A stretch of 64,000 bases of DNA from Alphaproteobacteria bacterium. Lineage in GTDB: Bacteria > Pseudomonadota > Alphaproteobacteria > SHVV01. The stretch is from assembly GCA_965261735.1 (NCBI GenBank), contig OZ253470.1, positions 2,464,001-2,528,000 of the forward strand, in the 5' to 3' direction. The notes under the pieces are model-generated. The model was given only the letters and a program-made list of their open reading frames with translations. It was not told the origin of the DNA and did not search any database. Numbering within the stretch: the stretch's first letter is position 1; every line of letters starts with the position of its first letter. Of the stretch, positions 59,468 to 64,000 are shown in pieces. The translations under genes were made by a program, and so were the position numbers.

Positions 59468-60225
59468 GTTGGCGCGCCTTGAGCGGCGAGCTCGACGCCT
59501 GGGCCGCGGCGGGGCGCACGGCCACCCTGTGGTGGCGCGACGACGACGCGGTGGCGCCGACGCGCGCGCTCGATACGCTGATCGCGCATGGTGAGCGCCA
59601 TGGTGTGCCGCTATGCCTGGCCGTGATCCCGGCTCGGGCCGAGCCCGCCTTGGCGACACGCATCGCCGAATCCGCTCAAGTCGCCGTCGCCGTTCACGGC
59701 TACGACCACTTCAATCGCGCGGCGCCGGGCGAGCGCAAGTGCGAGTTGTGCCCGAGTCGCGATCCTGAGGAGGCCGCGGCCGAGCTCAGCGCGGGCCGCG
59801 CGCGGCTCACCGAGCTGTTTGGCGAGCAAGCGATAGCGCTGCTCGTGCCACCGTGGAACCGCATCGCCGCCGCGGTCGTGCCGCACTTGCCGGCGGTTGG
59901 TTTTGCCGGCCTGTCGGCGCTAGGCCCGCGCGCCAGCGCGCTGCCGGCGCCGGGCCTGGTCGCGGTCAACACTCACGCCGACATCATCGATTGGAAGGTG
60001 CGCCGATTTATCGGCACGGCGACGGCGAGCGAGCGCCTCGTGCGTCATCTCCAATCCCGGCGCCTCGGCACGGCGGACGCCGACGAGCCCACGGGCCTCC
60101 TGACCCACCACTTGGTTCACGATGGCGCCGCGTGGGCCTTTCTCGAGCACCTGTTTGCGCTCACCCGCGAGCACGGCGCAACACGCTGGATATCGGCCGC
60201 ACAAATCTTTAACGTTCCATCGTGA
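59461..60225 (+). CDS. Polysaccharide deacetylase-like protein
   Basis: WWRDDDA, VHGYDH, VPPWNRI, GLLTHHL; start approximate. Confidence 0.85.
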   Translation: MVGWRALSGELDAWAAAGRTATLWWRDDDAVAPTRALDTLIAHGERHGVPLCLAVIPARAEPALATRIAESAQVAVAVHGYDHFNRAAPGERKCELCPSRDPEEAAAELSAGRARLTELFGEQAIALLVPPWNRIAAAVVPHLPAVGFAGLSALGPRASALPAPGLVAVNTHADIIDWKVRRFIGTATASERLVRHLQSRRLGTADADEPTGLLTHHLVHDGAAWAFLEHLFALTREHGATRWISAAQIFNVPS

Positions 60226-60728
60226 CCGATTTGCGCTACCCCTTGGCCGCTCTCCGGGCCGATTACGGGCGCGCCGCGGTCGGCTTCGCGCTGACCGCGG
60301 GGCCACTCGCGTTCGCTTTTCCTTCACCGGCGGTGCGTTATGTTCTGATCGTGCTCGCGGGGCTGTTCGGGCTTTTCGCGCTGCGCACCGTGAGACGCCA
60401 GCTGACCCGTTTCGAGCTTTCCGAGGCAGGTCTTCGCGCGATCGGACCGCTCGGGTCGTCGCTGCACTGGGAAGACCTTCGCAGCGTCGAGCTGCGCTAC
60501 TTTTCGACGCGTCGCGACCGATCGGGAGGGTGGATGCAACTGCGAGTTAGAGGACGGGGACGCGCCTTGGCCCTCGATTCCGCGCTCGCCGGGTTCGATA
60601 CGATCGTGCGCTACGCCTTGGCCGAGGCGCAGGCGCGCGACGTCGTGGTGAGCCAAACGACCCACACCAATCTCTCGGCCTTGCCGAACCTGGAGCACGA
60701 TACCCCGGCACGGCTCGGAGGGCGGTGA
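60222..60728 (+). CDS. Hypothetical two-TM membrane protein
   Basis: GTGA-coupled; two hydrophobic segments; LRYFSTRRDRSGGWMQL. Confidence 0.7.
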   Translation: MTDLRYPLAALRADYGRAAVGFALTAGPLAFAFPSPAVRYVLIVLAGLFGLFALRTVRRQLTRFELSEAGLRAIGPLGSSLHWEDLRSVELRYFSTRRDRSGGWMQLRVRGRGRALALDSALAGFDTIVRYALAEAQARDVVVSQTTHTNLSALPNLEHDTPARLGGR

Positions 60729-60729
60729 A

Positions 60730-62619
60730 ATGGGCAACGTGCTGGTGGTTCGCGACCTCAAGGTCTGCTTCGAGCTCGCTGGCGGCCCGCTCACCGCGGT
60801 CGACGGTGTCTCGTTCCGCATCCCCGAAGGCCGGACCGTCGCTCTCGTTGGCGAATCGGGCTCGGGCAAGTCCGTCGTCGCGCAGTCGATCATGGGCATT
60901 CTACCGACCGCCGCATCCATCGCCGGCGGCGAGATTCTGTTCATGGACCCCGAAGGGGAGGGGCGCAAGCAGAACATCGCCGAGCTCGAGCGCGGCAGCA
61001 GGGCACTACGCAGCCTTCAGGGCGGGCGCATCTCTATTATTTTCCAGGAACCGATGACGTCGCTATCCCCGCTGCATACCATCGGCAATCAGATCGGCGA
61101 GGCCTTTCATCTGCACACGCAGGCGAGCAAGAGCGCGGGCACCGACGCGACCCGGGACATGCTGCGACTGGTCGGCTTCCCCGATCCGGACACGGCGCTC
61201 AGGACCTACCCGTTCGAGCTGTCGGGCGGCCTGCGCCAGCGCGCGATGATCGCCATGGCACTCGTGTGCCGGCCGGCAATCCTGATCGCGGATGAGCCGA
61301 CCACCGCGCTCGACGTCACGATCCAGGCCCAAATCCTCAAGCTGATGCAGGATCTGCAAACCGAGCTCGGCATGGCGATCCTGATGATCACGCACGACCT
61401 CGGCGTCGTTGCCAACATGGCCGAGGAAATCGTCGTCATGTACCACGGCAAGGTGGTGGAGCATGGTCGCCGGGACGACATCTTTCGCCGCTCGCGCCAT
61501 CCCTACCTGAGCGCGCTGCTCCATGCGGTGCCGCGCTTCAACATGAAGCGCGGCGAGCGGCTGGTGCCGATTCGCGAGATCAAGTCCGAAGGGGGACGCC
61601 TGCTCGCGGCCAAGGAACCGTGGCCCGACGGGAGCGACAACGGCACCCCGCTGCTGCAGGTCAAGAACCTGTGCAAGGCGTTTACCATCCGTAAGAAGGA
61701 GTGGTTTGGCGGCCGCGCCGGGGCTACGGCGACCGCCGTCAACGACGTATCCTTCGAAATCCATCGTGGCGAGTGCATGGCTCTCGTCGGCGAATCGGGC
61801 TGCGGCAAGACGACCACAAGTAAGATGTTGATGCGCGCGATTGGCGCCGACTCCGGGGAGATCGTCTTTAACGACCGCGGCCGCCCCATCGACGTGCTAG
61901 GCCTCAACGAAACTGAACTCAAGGACTACCGCCGCAGGGTCCAGTACATCTTCCAGGACCCCTTCGGCTCGCTCAACCCGCGCATGACCGTGCTCGACAT
62001 CGTGAACGAGCCCTTCGTCATCCACGGCATTGGCGACGAGGCGGAGCGCATCGAGCGCGTGCGTGAGCTCATGACACTGGTCGGGCTCGACCTGCGCCAC
62101 CTGCGGCGCTATCCCCACAGCTTCTCGGGCGGCCAGCGACAGCGCATCGGCATTGCGCGGGCGCTCGCTCTCCAGCCGGAGCTCCTCATTTGCGACGAGC
62201 CGGTGTCCGCGCTCGACGTTTCGATACAGGCCCAAATTCTTAATCTTCTCAAAGACTTGCAGTCCAAACTCGGTCTCACTTATCTGTTCATTTCGCATAA
62301 CCTGGCGGTGGTCGACTATATCTGCGACCGCATTGCCGTCATGTGTGCGGGCCGCGTCGTCGAGCTGGCGCCACGCGCGGCCTTCTTTACCAAGCCCATA
62401 CACCCCTACTCGAAGGCGCTGCTCGCCGCGGTGCCCGAGCCCAATCCTGAGGCGCGACTCGATTTGAGCGCGCTCATGGCGGGGCGCGCCTCGGACCCGG
62501 CGGCGTGGCCCGCGCCCTTCACGGTCGATGGCGGGCGGGAACCGGGTCTGGTCCATGTCGGCGACGGTCACTACGTGCGGGCCGCCGAAAACAGCTCGTT
62601 GAGGGAACTCGCATCATGA
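60730..62619 (+). CDS. Peptide/nickel-type ABC ATP-binding protein with two NBDs
   Basis: [21 protein letters not shown] and [21 protein letters not shown]. Confidence 0.95.
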   Translation: MGNVLVVRDLKVCFELAGGPLTAVDGVSFRIPEGRTVALVGESGSGKSVVAQSIMGILPTAASIAGGEILFMDPEGEGRKQNIAELERGSRALRSLQGGRISIIFQEPMTSLSPLHTIGNQIGEAFHLHTQASKSAGTDATRDMLRLVGFPDPDTALRTYPFELSGGLRQRAMIAMALVCRPAILIADEPTTALDVTIQAQILKLMQDLQTELGMAILMITHDLGVVANMAEEIVVMYHGKVVEHGRRDDIFRRSRHPYLSALLHAVPRFNMKRGERLVPIREIKSEGGRLLAAKEPWPDGSDNGTPLLQVKNLCKAFTIRKKEWFGGRAGATATAVNDVSFEIHRGECMALVGESGCGKTTTSKMLMRAIGADSGEIVFNDRGRPIDVLGLNETELKDYRRRVQYIFQDPFGSLNPRMTVLDIVNEPFVIHGIGDEAERIERVRELMTLVGLDLRHLRRYPHSFSGGQRQRIGIARALALQPELLICDEPVSALDVSIQAQILNLLKDLQSKLGLTYLFISHNLAVVDYICDRIAVMCAGRVVELAPRAAFFTKPIHPYSKALLAAVPEPNPEARLDLSALMAGRASDPAAWPAPFTVDGGREPGLVHVGDGHYVRAAENSSLRELAS

Positions 62620-64000
62620 GCCGCACGCTTGCCATTGCTTTACCGAAGGCCCTCGCTGTCGCGGCGATCCTCGCCGGGCTGGCACTACCCTTGCCGTTAG
62701 CCGCTGCACCGTTTGTCGAAACGCCGATGCTGAAAGAGGCGATCGCGGCGGGGACGTTGCCGCCAATAGCCGAGCGCCTGCCCAACTCGCCGCGCGTCGT
62801 GGCGCTGACGAAGGGCAAGACGGTCGGCAAACACGGCGGCGAGCTTCGCACCCTTGTGGGCCGCGCCAAGGACGTCCGCCTTCTGGTGGTTTACGGCTAC
62901 GCCCGCCTCGTCGCCTACAGCGATCAGTTCGAGCTCGAGCCCGACATCCTCGAGTCCTTCGAGGTCGAGCACGGCCGAATCTTCACCTTCCGGCTCCGGC
63001 CCGGCCACAAATGGTCGGACGGGCACCCGTTGACCACCGAGGATTTCCGCTACTTCTGGGAGGACGTGGCCGGCAACGAGGAGCTCTCACCAGGCGGTCC
63101 CCCGCACGTCATGCTGGTCGACGGCGAGCGCCCGGTGTTCGAGGTCATCGACGAGACCACGGTCCGTTACACCTGGAGCCAGCCCAACCCCTACTTCCTT
63201 TCGGCGCTCGCCGGTGCCACTCCGCTCTTCGTCTATCGCCCGGCGCATTACCTCAAGCAGTTCCACATGCGCTACGCCGGGGAGCAGAAGATCGCCGACA
63301 TGGTCGAGGCCGAGGGCCAGCGCGACTGGGTGGCGCTGCACTTTCGCAAGGACCAGCTCTACAAGTTCGCCAATGTCGACATGCCGACGTTGCAGCCGTG
63401 GCGCAACACGACACGGCCGCCGGCGAATCGCTTCATCGGCGAGCGCAACCCCTTCTTCCACCGCGTCGACGAGCGCGGGCAGCAGCTCCCCTACATCGAC
63501 CGGGTGATCCTCGTCCAGGCCAACTCGAAGCTGATCCCCGCCAAGGCCGGCTCGGGCGAGGTCGATCTTCAAGCGCGCCACGTGTTCTTCAGCAACTACA
63601 CCTTCCTCAAGTCGAATGAGGAGCGCAACGACTTCACCACCCGTCTGTGGAGCGAGGCCAAAGGGTCGCACTTCACGCTCTACCCCAATCTCAACATCAG
63701 CGATCCGGAGTGGCGCCGCGTTTTTCGCGATGTGCGTTTCAGGCGAGCGATATCGCTGGCCATAGACCGTACGCTCATCAACGAGGTGCTGTTCTTCGGC
63801 CTGGCGCTGGAAAGCAACAATACGGTCCTGCCGCAGAGCCCGCTGTTCCGCGAGGAGTACCGGGTTACCTGGACCGAGTTCGACATCGACAAGGCGAACG
63901 CGATTCTCGACGAGATGGGCCTCGAACGCGGGAGCGACGGGATCCGCCAGCTGCCGGATGGACGTCCGCTCAACATCATCGTCGAAACCGCGGGTGAGAA
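62616..64000 (+). CDS. Family-5 ABC substrate-binding protein (runs off the window end)
   Basis: ATG at 62616; hand translation gives a signal peptide, LPPIAERLP, GKHGG, KWSDGHP, ERNPFFHRVD..QLPYID; no stop before 64000. Confidence 0.9.
   Translation, partial: MSRTLAIALPKALAVAAILAGLALPLPLAAAPFVETPMLKEAIAAGTLPPIAERLPNSPRVVALTKGKTVGKHGGELRTLVGRAKDVRLLVVYGYARLVAYSDQFELEPDILESFEVEHGRIFTFRLRPGHKWSDGHPLTTEDFRYFWEDVAGNEELSPGGPPHVMLVDGERPVFEVIDETTVRYTWSQPNPYFLSALAGATPLFVYRPAHYLKQFHMRYAGEQKIADMVEAEGQRDWVALHFRKDQLYKFANVDMPTLQPWRNTTRPPANRFIGERNPFFHRVDERGQQLPYIDRVILVQANSKLIPAKAGSGEVDLQARHVFFSNYTFLKSNEERNDFTTRLWSEAKGSHFTLYPNLNISDPEWRRVFRDVRFRRAISLAIDRTLINEVLFFGLALESNNTVLPQSPLFREEYRVTWTEFDIDKANAILDEMGLERGSDGIRQLPDGRPLNIIVETAGE

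Noticed and set aside
1-64000. Many long overlapping or antisense ORFs rich in Arg/Ala/Pro (e.g. 2556-3785, 27158-28411, 44168-45739, 53861-55312)
   Set aside because: Shadow frames of recognisable genes in GC-rich DNA; no motifs.

Overview
High-GC alphaproteobacterial chromosome segment (Rhodospirillales-like gene order, inferred). The backbone comprises ptsN, a DUF1150-hsp20 pair with an RpoH promoter and ROSE thermometer, paaH-like, speD-speE, amidases, yggT-yggU-folD, ubiH-like, aminotransferase-ftsK-lolA and xth. An accessory zone at about 7-37.6 kb carries IS630, IS256, IS1380, two kinds of IS1595, several gene remnants and a P4-like integrase next to tRNA-Ala(CGC). Top candidates for undescribed biology: (1) a three-gene unit encoding a 68-aa secreted micro-protein with a non-PEP C-terminal sorting signal (hidden by a one-base slip in a C7 run), a sterol desaturase/fatty-acid hydroxylase and an exosortase split by IS256; (2) an island-borne lipoprotein/LpoB-like/CsgG-like envelope operon with a gene fusion; (3) a 14-kb glycosyltransferase/phosphatase/deacetylase/ABC cluster with a cNMP-binding protein and an ABC exporter whose ATPase motifs are degenerate; (4) two tandem small membrane paralogues separated by a long G-U-rich hairpin. 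Family calls come from motif recognition only; no searches were run.
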